Assembly (NCBI GenBank): GCA_963741955.1
Contig: CAVUKB010000005.1
Coordinates: 672,001 to 736,000 of the forward strand
Direction: 5' to 3'
Length of the DNA: 64,000 nt
Origin: an uncultured Acidobacteriota bacterium
GTDB lineage: Bacteria; Acidobacteriota; Thermoanaerobaculia; Gp7-AA8
Both the position numbers and the translations under genes were made by a program. Positions 41,389-53,978 of the stretch are shown here, piece after piece (position 1 is the first letter of the stretch; each line of letters begins with the position of its first letter). The notes under the pieces were generated by a model. That model worked only from the letters and a program-made list of their open reading frames with translations, was not told where the DNA came from and made no database searches.

Positions 41389-41460
41389 ATGAAACCGACG
41401 TTCGCCAGCTTCTCGATGTGTCCCATGTGTATGCGAGCCTGCTCCAGCGAGCGGGTGTAG
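41389..41460 (+). CDS. Putative leader peptide MKPTFASFSMCPMCMRACSSERV (Met/Cys control codons)
   Basis: ATG TGT CCC ATG TGT ATG CGA GCC TGC cluster, between a promoter and a terminator upstream of metY. Confidence 0.78.
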   Translation: MKPTFASFSMCPMCMRACSSERV

Positions 41461-41506
41461 CCGGACACGTCCCGACTCACCCGCCGCGCCAAGCCGGATG
41501 CGGTGA

Positions 41507-44072
<2,566 letters not shown>

Positions 44073-44076
<4 letters not shown>

Positions 44077-45191
44077 GCTCCGCACTGCAGAACACCGCAC
44101 ACTCGCTCCGTCCCATCCCGCCTCTCCGGCGCGTCGACCTCTTTCTCGCCGGATTTACCGGGCGGGTGGGAACATCGCTTCGAGACCATCTCGCCGCGAC
44201 GAGAGATCACCACCGCACCGAGCTCGGACTCGAGCTGCGCGTCACAGCCGTCGCGAACCGCCGGGTGACACACTTCAACCCCGACGGAGTCGATCTTTCC
44301 GATCTGAATCCGTCTCTGAATGGAGAATCGACCTGCTGGCCGGGTATTCTCGAATGGCTGGAGCGACTCCGGCCTGCGTCGCTCGTCTTCGTCGACTGTA
44401 CGGCGAGCGAGGAAGTCGCGTCGACGTACGCGCGGCTCCTCGAGCTCGGGATCGGCGTCGTCACCGCGAACAAGATCGCGCCGAGCCGCCCCGCCCCCGA
44501 ATGGTCGCACCTCCGAAGGCTGGCTCGTCTCGGTGATCTTCCGCTGGAGAGCGAAACCACCGTCGGCGCCGCACTTCCGATCCTCGGCACGGTCGAGGCC
44601 ATCCGCGACAGCGGAGACCGCGTTTCGCGCATCTCGGCAGTACTATCCGGCACCATATCGTTCGTGCTCGATCAGCTTCACGAGGGGGTGGCGTTCTCCG
44701 ATGCCGTCGCGGAGGCATTCCGCCTCGGCTACACCGAACCCGATCCGCGGATCGACCTCTCCGGCGAAGACGTCGCGCGCAAGCTGGTCATTCTCGCGCG
44801 GCGCGCGGGCATTTCCCTTGAGCGTGAGGAGATCTCACTCGAACCGCTCGTCTCCGGTGGCGCCGGATGGGACGGCGATATCGAACGTTTCGTCTCCATC
44901 CTCTCGCGTCAGGACAGCCGCTGGCGCGAGCGCGTCGACGCTGCGAAGAGCGGCGGAAATCGTCTGGTCTACGCGGCGAGCTGGAGCCCGGCAGCTGCGG
45001 CCGTCGGAGCCGGCGCCATTCCTCTCGACCATCCGCTCGCCCGCGCCGGAGCGCGGGAGAACGTCGTCTTGATCCGTTCGGATCGTTACGACCAGGTGCC
45101 GCTCACGATCTCCGGGCCCGGCGCCGGCCCGGCAGTGACCGCCGGAGGAGTCCTCGCCGACGTGCTGCGGGCGGCGGCAAGGATGCGATGA
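44073..45191 (+). CDS. Stand-alone homoserine dehydrogenase (similar to the ThrA/MetL C-terminal domain)
   Basis: VDCTAS, VTANK, ETTVGAALP, GYTEPDPR.DLSG.DVARK, GPGAG. Confidence 0.9.
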
Positions 45192-45789
45192 GGGCGAGAG
45201 GTGCAATTGCGACGTTCGTCGTGGGGACACAACGAGCAGCTCGCGCAACAGTTCGCGTCTCCACGAAGCGGCACGGCTCTCGCCGTGCCGGCCGCGGCGG
45301 AAGCCGCGGCGCCCCTCGGAGCCGCTGACAGCGGCGAAGACGCGATGAGGGCGAGAGGTGCAATTGCGACGTTCGTCGTGGGGACAACGTACCAGCTCGC
45401 GCAACAGGCGGCGTCTCCACGGAGCGGCACGGCTCTCGCCGTGCAGGCCGCGGCGGAAGCCGCGGCGCCCCTCGGAGCCGCTGACAGCGGCGAAGACGCG
45501 GTGAGGGCGAGAGGTGCAATTGCGACGTTCGTCGTGGGGACACAACGTACCGGCTCGCGCAACAGGCGGCGTCTCCACGAAGCGGCACGGCTCTCGCCGT
45601 GCCGGCCGCGGCGTGAAGCCGCGGCGCCCCTCGGAGCCGCTGACAGCGGCGAAGACGCGGTGAGGGCGAGAGGTGCAATCGCGACGTTCGTCGTGGGGAC
45701 AACGTACCAGCTCGCGCAACAGGCGGCGTCTCCACGGAGCGGCACGGCTCTCGCCGTGCCGGCCGCGGCGGAAGCCGCGGCGCCCCTCG
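45184..45789. repeat. Tandem REP-like array, about 3.8 units of 156-159 bp
   Basis: Units at 45187, 45344, 45500, 45659; hairpins GCCGCGGCGGAAGCCGCGGC and GCCGCTGACAGCGGC; between convergent genes. Confidence 0.93.
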
Positions 45790-45843
45790 CCCTGAACTCA
45801 GCGCTCCCGGTCGGACGCTCCGCTGACATCACTCTGTCCGCGC

Positions 45844-46545
45844 TCACTCCAGCAGATGCGCGAGCGACGCGCCGGGTGCGAGCTCGATCGCGTCGCGACC
45901 CTTCTCGAACAGCTTCGCCCCCGACGTTCCGCCGAGTGTGATCTCCGGCCACTCGACCCGGAGCCACGCCCCCTCGCGCAGTCCGACCACCGGTGCGTCG
46001 TTCTCTTCGTGGAACTCGCGGATCCTCGTCTCCCGCGTCTCCCCCATGTGCTTCGACGATGGATCGGCGTCGACGAAGTGTGGGTTGAGGTTGAACGGAA
46101 TCAGGCGGAGCGCGTCGAACGTCGGAGGATAGACGATCGGCATGTCGTTGGTGGTCCGGATCGAAAGAGTCGCGACATTGCTGCCGGCGCTCGTTCCAAC
46201 GTACGGCATCCCGTCGAGCACTCTGCGCCGGAGCGGTTCGATCAGATCGAGAGCGCACAGGGTGTCGAGCAGCCGGAACGTGTTCCCTCCTCCGATGAAC
46301 ACCGATTCGGCGTCGCGGACCGCCGCGACCGGATCTTCTGTCCGATGAATTGAATGGAGAGTGAGACCCATCGCACCGAACCGCTCGCGCGCCTTCTCCG
46401 CGTAGGCATCACGATCGTGGAGCGCGTACGGAACGAACAGCACGGATCTCACCGATCCGAGAAAGTCGCGGATCTCCTCCGCAGCGTGATCGAGATACCC
46501 GGTACCGTAGGTGGTCGAAGTGCTGATCAGCAGAAGCCGTCTCAT
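45844..46545 (-). CDS. pepE: Dipeptidase E (peptidase S51)
   Basis: GGGNTF, GTSAGSN, TTNDMPI, NPH, GETRE.RI.EF. Confidence 0.93.
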   Translation of the reverse strand: MRRLLLISTSTTYGTGYLDHAAEEIRDFLGSVRSVLFVPYALHDRDAYAEKARERFGAMGLTLHSIHRTEDPVAAVRDAESVFIGGGNTFRLLDTLCALDLIEPLRRRVLDGMPYVGTSAGSNVATLSIRTTNDMPIVYPPTFDALRLIPFNLNPHFVDADPSSKHMGETRETRIREFHEENDAPVVGLREGAWLRVEWPEITLGGTSGAKLFEKGRDAIELAPGASLAHLLE

Positions 46546-48680
46546 GATTCCTCTGGTCCCTCCGGGTAGAATTTGCGGCTCTCGGAAGCGTACTGCTCGA
46601 GAAGAGGCGCGGGACGGAACCGGAGACCGCAGCGCTCTTCGAGCGCTCGCATCGAAGCGACGATCTCCGCCGCACCTCTGGCGTCGACGAGGTGGAAAGG
46701 CCCGCCCAGGAAGGGCGGAAACCCGAGGCCGAAGATTGCACCGAGATCTCCGTCACGAGGCGACTCGATGATTCCCTCGCCGAGACAGTGCGCCACCTCG
46801 TTGATCATGACGAGCGAGAGGCGGGAGACGATCTCCTCCGCCGAAACCGGCCGTCGTTCCGGATCCTGCAGCAGCGAGTACACCTCGCTATTCGACTCTT
46901 TCTTCTGCTTCTTTCCGTCCGGCGGATAGAGATAGAAACCGCGACCGTTCTTCCGACCTTCGTACCCTGCCGAGTGCATTCGGGAGAGGAGATCCGATCC
47001 GCTGAGGCCACGTGCGGCGAACGCCTGGCCGAGATTCCGGGAGACGTGCGCACCGACGCCGATGCCGACTTCGTCGATGAGAGCGATCGGTCCGACCGGA
47101 AAGCCGAAGCCGCGCATCGCACGGTCGATCGCTTCGATCGACGCCCCTTCCTCGAGCAGCAGCACCGCTTCATTGAGCAGAGGCGCGAGAATCCGCGTGG
47201 TGTAGAACCCCGGACCGTCCTTCACCACGATCACCGATTTTCCCTGGGCGATGCCGAACGCACGTGCCGTCGCAATTGCCCACGGAGCCGTGGCGGGCGC
47301 GGCGACGATCTCCAGCAGCGGCATCTTCGGAACTGGAGAGAAGTAGTGCATGCCGAGCACTCGCTCGGGATGCCTTGCCCGTCCCGCGATCTTCGCAATC
47401 GGAAGGGCCGACGTGTTGGAGGCGAACACCGTTCTCTCCGAGACCACCTCTTCCACTTCCGCGAGCACGGAGCGTTTCAGATCGAGGTCTTCGAAAACGG
47501 CCTCGATGACGATCGTCGTCGCGCGAAGGTATTGCATCTCGGTCGTGACCGCGAGGTGCTCGATCTGCTTCCTGCGGTCATCCTCGGAGAGAGCGCCGGA
47601 GGCGGTTCTCCGCCCGAGGCTTCTCTCGATGTTCGTCGTGACGCGATCGATTGCCGCCGCCGAGACGTCTTTCACGATCACGGGAACGATCGGCAGAGAG
47701 ACGGAGACGATCCCTTCACCCATCAGCCCTGCGCCGATCACCCCGAGCTTTTTCACCGGACGTGCTTCGTCGGCATCGGGCGCCTTCTTCAATTCACGGC
47801 TCGCCTCGAAGATCCAGATCAGATTGCGACCTTCGGGAGTGACGACCAGCCGTCCGAACAGTTCGATCTCCTTCTCCTGTCCCTTCGCGAATCCTTTCGA
47901 GAGACCGCTCTCCACCGCGTCGAGTATCGCGAAGGGAGCCGGGTAGTGACGCCCGCTCTTCCGCATCACCGTTTCACGGGCGTTCTTCAGTACGGCCGTT
48001 CGCGCAGCGGGAAGATTCGCCACGAATCCGCCGAGCGACTTCGGCCGCCGCCGCGGCTGGAGGTTGCCTCGATGAAGGGCGATCGCATCGGACTCCGCGC
48101 GCTCCAGGAGATCGGCGCGTTCGACCACTGCGTCGACGAGACCGCTGCGAAGCGCTTCGGCGACGCTCACCTTCCGTCCGGTGAGCATCATCGAAAGTGC
48201 GGCCGGAAGGCCGACCAGGCGAGGCAGCCGCTGCGTCCCTCCTCCTGCCGGAATGAGCCCCACCATCACTTCGGGGAGGGCGAGTGTGGTGCGCGGATCA
48301 TCGGTCACGAGGCGGCGATGGCAGGCGAGCGCGATCTCGAGACCGCCTCCCAGAGCCGCACCATCGATCGCAGCCACGAACGGCTTCGGACTCGCTGCGA
48401 TCATGTCGAGGAGCTCGTGTCCGTCGCGAACGAACGCCGACGCCTCGGCGGCATGGCGGATTCCGGCGATCTCGCGCAGGTCGGCTCCCGCGATGAACGC
48501 TCCCGCTTTCCCGCTGCGGAGTACGCATCCGCGGACGTGCGGGTCGGGAATGACGTCATGGAGAACGCCGCGGAATTCCGCGAGGACGGCACGGGAGAGG
48601 ACGTTGACCGCCGAACCCTGGAGGTTGAAGGTGAGGATGGCGATTCCGCTCGGACGGATCTCGACTTCGAACGAGTTCAT
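46542..48680 (-). CDS. fadJ: Fatty-acid oxidation complex alpha subunit (enoyl-CoA hydratase / 3-hydroxyacyl-CoA dehydrogenase)
   Basis: FIAGAD, LGGGLE, PEV..G..P..GGTQRLPR, GAGLMG, EAVFE, SNTS, GMHYFSP, GLGFPPF.GGP. Confidence 0.9.
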   Translation of the reverse strand: MNSFEVEIRPSGIAILTFNLQGSAVNVLSRAVLAEFRGVLHDVIPDPHVRGCVLRSGKAGAFIAGADLREIAGIRHAAEASAFVRDGHELLDMIAASPKPFVAAIDGAALGGGLEIALACHRRLVTDDPRTTLALPEVMVGLIPAGGGTQRLPRLVGLPAALSMMLTGRKVSVAEALRSGLVDAVVERADLLERAESDAIALHRGNLQPRRRPKSLGGFVANLPAARTAVLKNARETVMRKSGRHYPAPFAILDAVESGLSKGFAKGQEKEIELFGRLVVTPEGRNLIWIFEASRELKKAPDADEARPVKKLGVIGAGLMGEGIVSVSLPIVPVIVKDVSAAAIDRVTTNIERSLGRRTASGALSEDDRRKQIEHLAVTTEMQYLRATTIVIEAVFEDLDLKRSVLAEVEEVVSERTVFASNTSALPIAKIAGRARHPERVLGMHYFSPVPKMPLLEIVAAPATAPWAIATARAFGIAQGKSVIVVKDGPGFYTTRILAPLLNEAVLLLEEGASIEAIDRAMRGFGFPVGPIALIDEVGIGVGAHVSRNLGQAFAARGLSGSDLLSRMHSAGYEGRKNGRGFYLYPPDGKKQKKESNSEVYSLLQDPERRPVSAEEIVSRLSLVMINEVAHCLGEGIIESPRDGDLGAIFGLGFPPFLGGPFHLVDARGAAEIVASMRALEERCGLRFRPAPLLEQYASESRKFYPEGPEES

Positions 48681-48820
48681 GGCGGCTCCTCGACCGGACT
48701 TCTCGCAGCGACGCTGCGCCGAGAGCTTATCATTCGGCGGGTTCGTCACCGGCCCGAACGGAGTGCGATCGATCCGGCAGCCCTTTCGCAGTGTTATCTG
48801 CAGTCATTCAAGGAGGAAGC

Positions 48821-49114
48821 ATGGATGCGAACATCATCGTCTTCGGCACCAGCTGGTGTCCGGACGTCCGGCGGACGGTCGAACATCTGGATTCAGTGGG
48901 CGTCGAGTACGAGCTCATCGACATCGACGCGGACGATCACGCCGCTCAACGGGTGATGGATTGGAACGAGGGTCGAAGACGCGTGCCGACCGTACTGATC
49001 GAGCAGAATGGCGACATTCGAGTGCTCTCGGTTCCGAGCAATTCGCAGCTCGACGTCGAGCTGGACCGCGCAGGACTCCTCGAGAGTCAGAAAGGCGACG
49101 CCCGGATGTCGTAG
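48821..49114 (+). CDS. Glutaredoxin/NrdH-mycoredoxin-like protein with CPDV active site
   Basis: WCPDVRR, N.G.R.VPTV; AGGAGG RBS. Confidence 0.8.
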   Translation: MDANIIVFGTSWCPDVRRTVEHLDSVGVEYELIDIDADDHAAQRVMDWNEGRRRVPTVLIEQNGDIRVLSVPSNSQLDVELDRAGLLESQKGDARMS

Positions 49115-49198
49115 CCGCATGTCAGAGCGCGAGACGCAACGCAGTTGGCTGGGAAAAGCGCTATTCGAACCGGCGCTGCGAGAGCGGGGCGCCGAGCT

Positions 49199-49534
49199 TT
49201 ACTGAGTGCCTCCGGGCTGCGGATCGATTTCGGCCAGCCTTCGCTCGAGTCTGGCGAGGCGGTCCCGAAGTTCCGCGATCTCGCGACGAAGCTCATCCTT
49301 TCGAATCGAATCGCTTTCCAGCGACCGCTCGACACGCGAGAGCCCGGCGGAGATTGCGCGTGACTCTGCCTCGAGGATTTCGAGCCGGTGAAAAGTTCCA
49401 TCGAAGTTCGAAAGCGTCTCGTCCCGAAATGATGCGGCCCCTGCCTGAATGTCATCCAGCCGTGCTTCCAGCGAGCGGCGGGTATCCAGGAGCTCGTCGA
49501 GAACGCGCCTCATCAGGCCAGATTCATTTTCCAC
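49199..49534 (-). CDS. Hypothetical coiled-coil protein
   Basis: Heptad-like helical sequence; TAGAAT 6 nt upstream of the GTG. Confidence 0.6.
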   Translation of the reverse strand: MENESGLMRRVLDELLDTRRSLEARLDDIQAGAASFRDETLSNFDGTFHRLEILEAESRAISAGLSRVERSLESDSIRKDELRREIAELRDRLARLERRLAEIDPQPGGTQ

Positions 49535-49912
49535 CCTGCCATTCTACCTCGGTGAGGCCGCCCGTCGACACGGGGAGAAGATGGACTCCGGCTGCCGAGC
49601 GGAGTCGTTCTAATCGGACCTGATCGGCCGTTGGTGTAACACCCGATCGTATCTTCTGTCGTGACATGTAGTGTTGCGGCGATCCTGGACATGACCGGGG
49701 CCTTCCCGGTTCTGGCCGGTGCGGACCACTTCCACGTCCACCTGAAGCCGACGATCGCCTGACGCGAGTATTGGGCGATGGTGAGCGTTACGCACAACAC
49801 TACTCAGCACGTGCTGCGCATCACACCGCAGTGAGGCGGATGGTTTTCGGGGTTTGAATCTTCGCCGGCAGAAGCAATGAGTGAATCGGAAGGTCGGCGG
49901 GGTGGGGAAGAC

Positions 49913-49987
<75 letters not shown>

Positions 49988-50054
49988 ACACGCGACTCGT
50001 CTGACCTGAACAGACGGATTCTCGACTGAATTCTTCCCGCTCGCTGCGATCGAG

Positions 50055-50972
50055 TCAACCCTCGAGCGTGTCGTGCCCCGATCCGGTGATCCAGGCGAGC
50101 GACTCCTCCTCCGACATCGTCGCGGCTCGCGCCACCCGCACCCGTCCTGCAACCGCCTCGGCCGCCGCATCGCGGGCGATTGCCGTTTCGAAGGCCGCGG
50201 CGATGGTCGACCCCGAGCCGCTCATCCGGCACCAGAACGCGCCCCGGCGCACCATCTCGTCCCTCCATGTCGCAAGCCCGGGCAACTCCCGGAAAATCAC
50301 CATTTCGAGATCATTCACCAGCGGTGCGACGTCACGCCGGAAGCCGCTCGCCGCGATCTCGCGGCAGACCTCGTAACCTGCCTTGTCCGATCGCCACGCC
50401 TCTCCCTTTTCCCTCATCGCCGCGAGAAGGCGGAACGCCTCGGCCGTCATGACCCGCTCCTCCGGGAGGACCAGCAGCAGCGGAATCGACTCGACGAACG
50501 GAAGTGCAGCGAGCTCCTCTCCGCGCCCCGTCGCATACGCGGTTCCTCCGAAAAGAAAATACGGGACGTCCGATCCGAGCTCCAGCGCGAGCTCGGCCAG
50601 ATCGTCGTCGTCGACCTGCAGCTCGAACATCTCGCGAAGCGCGACGAGAGTCGCCGCCGCATTCGATGAGCCGCCACCGAGACCCCCCCCGGCAGGGATG
50701 CGCTTGATCAGCTCGATCTCGACCGGAGGCGCCCCGAACCGTTCGCCCATCAGCCGTGCTGCTCGGAGCGCGAGATTCTGTTCGTCCACAGGGACGGCCG
50801 GGTCGTCGCAGTGCAGCATCAGCGTCGTGCTCGCGCGAAACCGGACAGTGTCGTGGAGGGAGATGGCCTGGAAGAGAGTCTCGAGATCGTGAAACCCGTC
50901 GGGACGCCGGTCGAGCACGCGAAGCATCCAGTTGATCTTGGCGAAGGAGCGGACGGTCAGTTCGTTGCGCAT
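50055..50972 (-). CDS. ispE: 4-diphosphocytidyl-2-C-methyl-D-erythritol kinase
   Basis: AKIN, DGFH, KRIP.GGGLGGGSSNAA, GSDVP, MSGSGS. Confidence 0.95.
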   Translation of the reverse strand: MRNELTVRSFAKINWMLRVLDRRPDGFHDLETLFQAISLHDTVRFRASTTLMLHCDDPAVPVDEQNLALRAARLMGERFGAPPVEIELIKRIPAGGGLGGGSSNAAATLVALREMFELQVDDDDLAELALELGSDVPYFLFGGTAYATGRGEELAALPFVESIPLLLVLPEERVMTAEAFRLLAAMREKGEAWRSDKAGYEVCREIAASGFRRDVAPLVNDLEMVIFRELPGLATWRDEMVRRGAFWCRMSGSGSTIAAAFETAIARDAAAEAVAGRVRVARAATMSEEESLAWITGSGHDTLEG

Positions 50973-51085
50973 GCGAGACGCGCAGTGTACCGGATTTCGG
51001 GAGACGAGCAACGCGGGAGAAGGGGTGAAGAGTGAAGGGTGAAGGGACGGTGGAGGGGTGAGGCGGAGGATCGCGCACGTGCCGT

Positions 51086-51118
51086 GATCCGCGCGGCGGA
51101 TTACGAATCCGCACTCCT
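51086..51118. repeat. Family C REP-like palindrome
   Basis: Reverse complement of 27808-27840. Confidence 0.7.
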
Positions 51119-51169
51119 CGGCCCGATCAGCATCCCGGTATTCGCCGCACCGCGTAGGCCGTGACGCGA

Positions 51170-51946
51170 CTACTGCTCGGGGGTCAGGGCTGCAGGAAGT
51201 GAGCAGCATCGGTACTCCGGACCGGGCGAAGGCCGGGTTGGCCCTTTCTCTGCCGATTCGAGATCGAGGTGCTGCACCTCCACCCGAAGTCCGCGGCCGG
51301 GGAGAGTGAACGTCGCCCGACTGGGTGGGAACGATGAATCGTACTCCACGTGCAACGCGGCATCCGGGGTTCCGAGCGAATCCGCCGCGGAGACGCCGTC
51401 TGCGCCGATCGTGTAGCGGAACACGCCGTCGGTCAGACACTGTCGCATGTCGGCACAGACGTCGAGCCGTCGCGGCTCGACTGGAAGAGCGAGCAGGAGG
51501 CGGCTCAACGACGCAGGAGGAGTGTCGGCGAGGAGAGTCAGCACCGGGATGTCGCTCGCCAGCTCGCTTCTCGATCCCTTCCACCAGGTGCGATGGAGAT
51601 GATCCACCAGCACCACGTGCTCTCCGTCGACGAAGACGGTCAGGACCTCGACTCCGACCGGGCTCACCGCGGTCATCTCGATTCTCCCGTCCGCATCGAA
51701 CCAGAGTCGCGATCGGAACGAGCTCGATTTTCCACCGCTCTCCACCCGGATGCGCGCAAAGCTGCGCGCGGCGTGAAACGCGTCGTCACGGCGGACCAGC
51801 TCATCGCGAAGTGCAGCGGTTGAAGACGACGCGATCGGCTCGAACGGACGCCCTCCGGTGGTCGCACACGAGGCCGCGAAGAGGAGCGCGGCGAATGCCG
51901 CGAAGAGCCGCGCATCCCCTCTTCGTCGCAAGTGCTTCGGCCTCAC
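51170..51946 (-). CDS. Putative lipoprotein, LolB/DUF4292-like
   Basis: Lipobox-like AASC; sits between a TPR gene and ispE, the usual lolB position. Confidence 0.6.
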   Translation of the reverse strand: MRPKHLRRRGDARLFAAFAALLFAASCATTGGRPFEPIASSSTAALRDELVRRDDAFHAARSFARIRVESGGKSSSFRSRLWFDADGRIEMTAVSPVGVEVLTVFVDGEHVVLVDHLHRTWWKGSRSELASDIPVLTLLADTPPASLSRLLLALPVEPRRLDVCADMRQCLTDGVFRYTIGADGVSAADSLGTPDAALHVEYDSSFPPSRATFTLPGRGLRVEVQHLDLESAEKGPTRPSPGPEYRCCSLPAALTPEQ

Positions 51947-53847
51947 TGAGCAGATGCGGTCCGGTGCTCGGTCTGGCTCAGCTTCGTCTGAATCCTGGTC
52001 GACTCTTCAGCTTCGGGGTCGAGCTGGAGGGCGCTCCGGTACCGCTCGGCGGCCTTGTCGTACTCTCCCTGCTTCGCGAAGAGGTCTCCGAGGTGCTCCT
52101 GCACCGTCGGATCCTGAGGAAGAAGATGCGATGCGTCGAGGAGGTACTTCTCCGCGAGATCGAGCTTGTCGAGCCGGAAGTAAACCCACCCGAGAGAATC
52201 GACGAATGCGCCGTTCCGCGGCTCGAGCTTGACCGCCTTGACCAGGAGATCTGCGGCCTTCTGGAGATTCACTCCGCGATCGGCCCACATGTACCCGAGG
52301 TAGTTGAGAGTCGCCGCATGCGCGGGATCCTTCGAGAGGACCTGCAGGAAGGTGTGTTCCGCCTCCTGGAAGCGGCCGGCGCGCTCGTAGGCGGAGCCGA
52401 GCTGGAAGAGGAGATCGAGGTCCGCGGGATTCTTCTTCTGAAGCGTCTCGTAGATGTCGATCGCTTCGGCGTACTTGTGGAGCGTGGCATAGACCTCGGC
52501 GACCATCTGCGCAGAGTCGTCGTCCTTTGCCGCGTCGGCCTTCGCCACCGCTTTCGCCTGCGCATCCTTTCCGGCCCGGAAGAGGAATTCGATGTAGCGC
52601 GCCTGGAGGAAAGGGTCGTCGGAACCTTTCGCGAGAGGTTCGATCAGCGCGAGACCTTCGCCGTAGCGCTGCTGGCGCCGCAGGACGTCGAGTGCGATGT
52701 TCACCGCCTGACGATTGACCTCCTTCGGTCCCTGGACCAGCTTCTTCGCCCGCTCCAGCGCGGCGTCGTAGTTCCCGCGGGCGTGATCGATCGCAGCGAG
52801 CTGCGTCTCGGCCATCGCTTTCCCCTGGGCGTTGAGATCGCGGAGCGCGAGGATCGACTTGAACGTCGCCGCGGCGCGATCGAACTGACGCGACGCAATC
52901 TGGTTGAAGCCGGAACTGACCAGTACTTCGAAGTCGTCCGGCTGCTCCTCGAGCAGAGCAGTGAAGATCTGGTCGGCCTTCTCGTGCTCCCCGAGATCGC
53001 TGAGCGCTTCGCCGAGGAACGTACGGGCCGGTCGGTCCTTCGGATAGACCGCGAGAATTTTCTCGAGAAGGTCGCGTGCCTTCGCGGCGTCGCCTCCGCG
53101 GAGATAGTCGTAGGCCTGTCTGCGCTGGAGCTCGGAGTTGAGCGTGTCTCGCTCGATCAGAGGCTGCAGAAGTGCAGCGGCCTTCTCCCATTCACCTGCG
53201 GATTCGTACATGTCGGCGAGTTGGGAGACGGCGGGAGCAAAGGTCGGATCGGCCGCCACCACCCGTTCGAGATACGGCTTCGACTCGTCGGCGCGTCCGA
53301 GCTTTGCGAGGATCTGAGCGTAGTTGTAATTGAGCAGACGGTTGTCGGGAGCCCGCTCGACCAGCTGGGCGAAGATTCTCGCAGCGTCTTCGAGACGGTT
53401 GGACTGAAGATAGATCTGGCCCATGGTCAGCCCGGTGGAGATGTCGTCGGGCTGGAGCTTGAACGCCGCCTCGAGATGCCCGAGCGCTTCGTCGACCATC
53501 TTGTCGTCGCCCTTCGATCGCTCGAGAAGGATCCGGCCGAGGAGCCGCTGCGCATCGAAAAAGTCGGGGCTGATCGCAACGATCTTCCGCAGCTCTTTCT
53601 CGGCCTGCTCGACCTTCGACTGGTCGAGCAGGATGGTCGCTCGCTCGTAGAGGAGCACCGGGTTCCCGGGATCGCTCTGGATCACGCGGTCGAGATGCTG
53701 GAGAGCGGCATCGAAATCGCCGTTCTCCGCAGCGAATCGCGCCTGCAGAAATTCGAACGTCTCGGGGGAAAACTTCTGAGCGTACAGGGGTAACCCGCTC
53801 AGCAGGCTGAGCGTGAGGCACAGAATGGTCGTCTTCACGATTTTCAT
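51943..53847 (-). CDS. Secreted multi-TPR protein
   Basis: Signal peptide; LNYLGYMWAD, DSLGWVYF, EHLGD C-terminal TPR signature. Confidence 0.9.
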   Translation of the reverse strand: MKIVKTTILCLTLSLLSGLPLYAQKFSPETFEFLQARFAAENGDFDAALQHLDRVIQSDPGNPVLLYERATILLDQSKVEQAEKELRKIVAISPDFFDAQRLLGRILLERSKGDDKMVDEALGHLEAAFKLQPDDISTGLTMGQIYLQSNRLEDAARIFAQLVERAPDNRLLNYNYAQILAKLGRADESKPYLERVVAADPTFAPAVSQLADMYESAGEWEKAAALLQPLIERDTLNSELQRRQAYDYLRGGDAAKARDLLEKILAVYPKDRPARTFLGEALSDLGEHEKADQIFTALLEEQPDDFEVLVSSGFNQIASRQFDRAAATFKSILALRDLNAQGKAMAETQLAAIDHARGNYDAALERAKKLVQGPKEVNRQAVNIALDVLRRQQRYGEGLALIEPLAKGSDDPFLQARYIEFLFRAGKDAQAKAVAKADAAKDDDSAQMVAEVYATLHKYAEAIDIYETLQKKNPADLDLLFQLGSAYERAGRFQEAEHTFLQVLSKDPAHAATLNYLGYMWADRGVNLQKAADLLVKAVKLEPRNGAFVDSLGWVYFRLDKLDLAEKYLLDASHLLPQDPTVQEHLGDLFAKQGEYDKAAERYRSALQLDPEAEESTRIQTKLSQTEHRTASAQ

Positions 53848-53978
53848 CTTATCCCAGTTGAACAGCCGCGGACGCCGTGTCATTCTGATAATCTTCACGG
53901 AACTGAGGACGGGCCGGAACCGCCGCGCGCCAGGGATCGCGCCGGCGGATCCATAAAGCTTCCAGAAAGGGTGCGTGC

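Noticed and set aside
49610-49810. Possible small gene or ncRNA downstream of tRNA-Gln
   Set aside because: No recognisable motif, RBS or convincing structure; cannot be supported from sequence alone.
51325-53793. 822-aa plus-strand ORF and other long antisense ORFs (e.g. 7699-9564, 46692-48956)
   Set aside because: They are shadow frames of well-supported opposite-strand genes.
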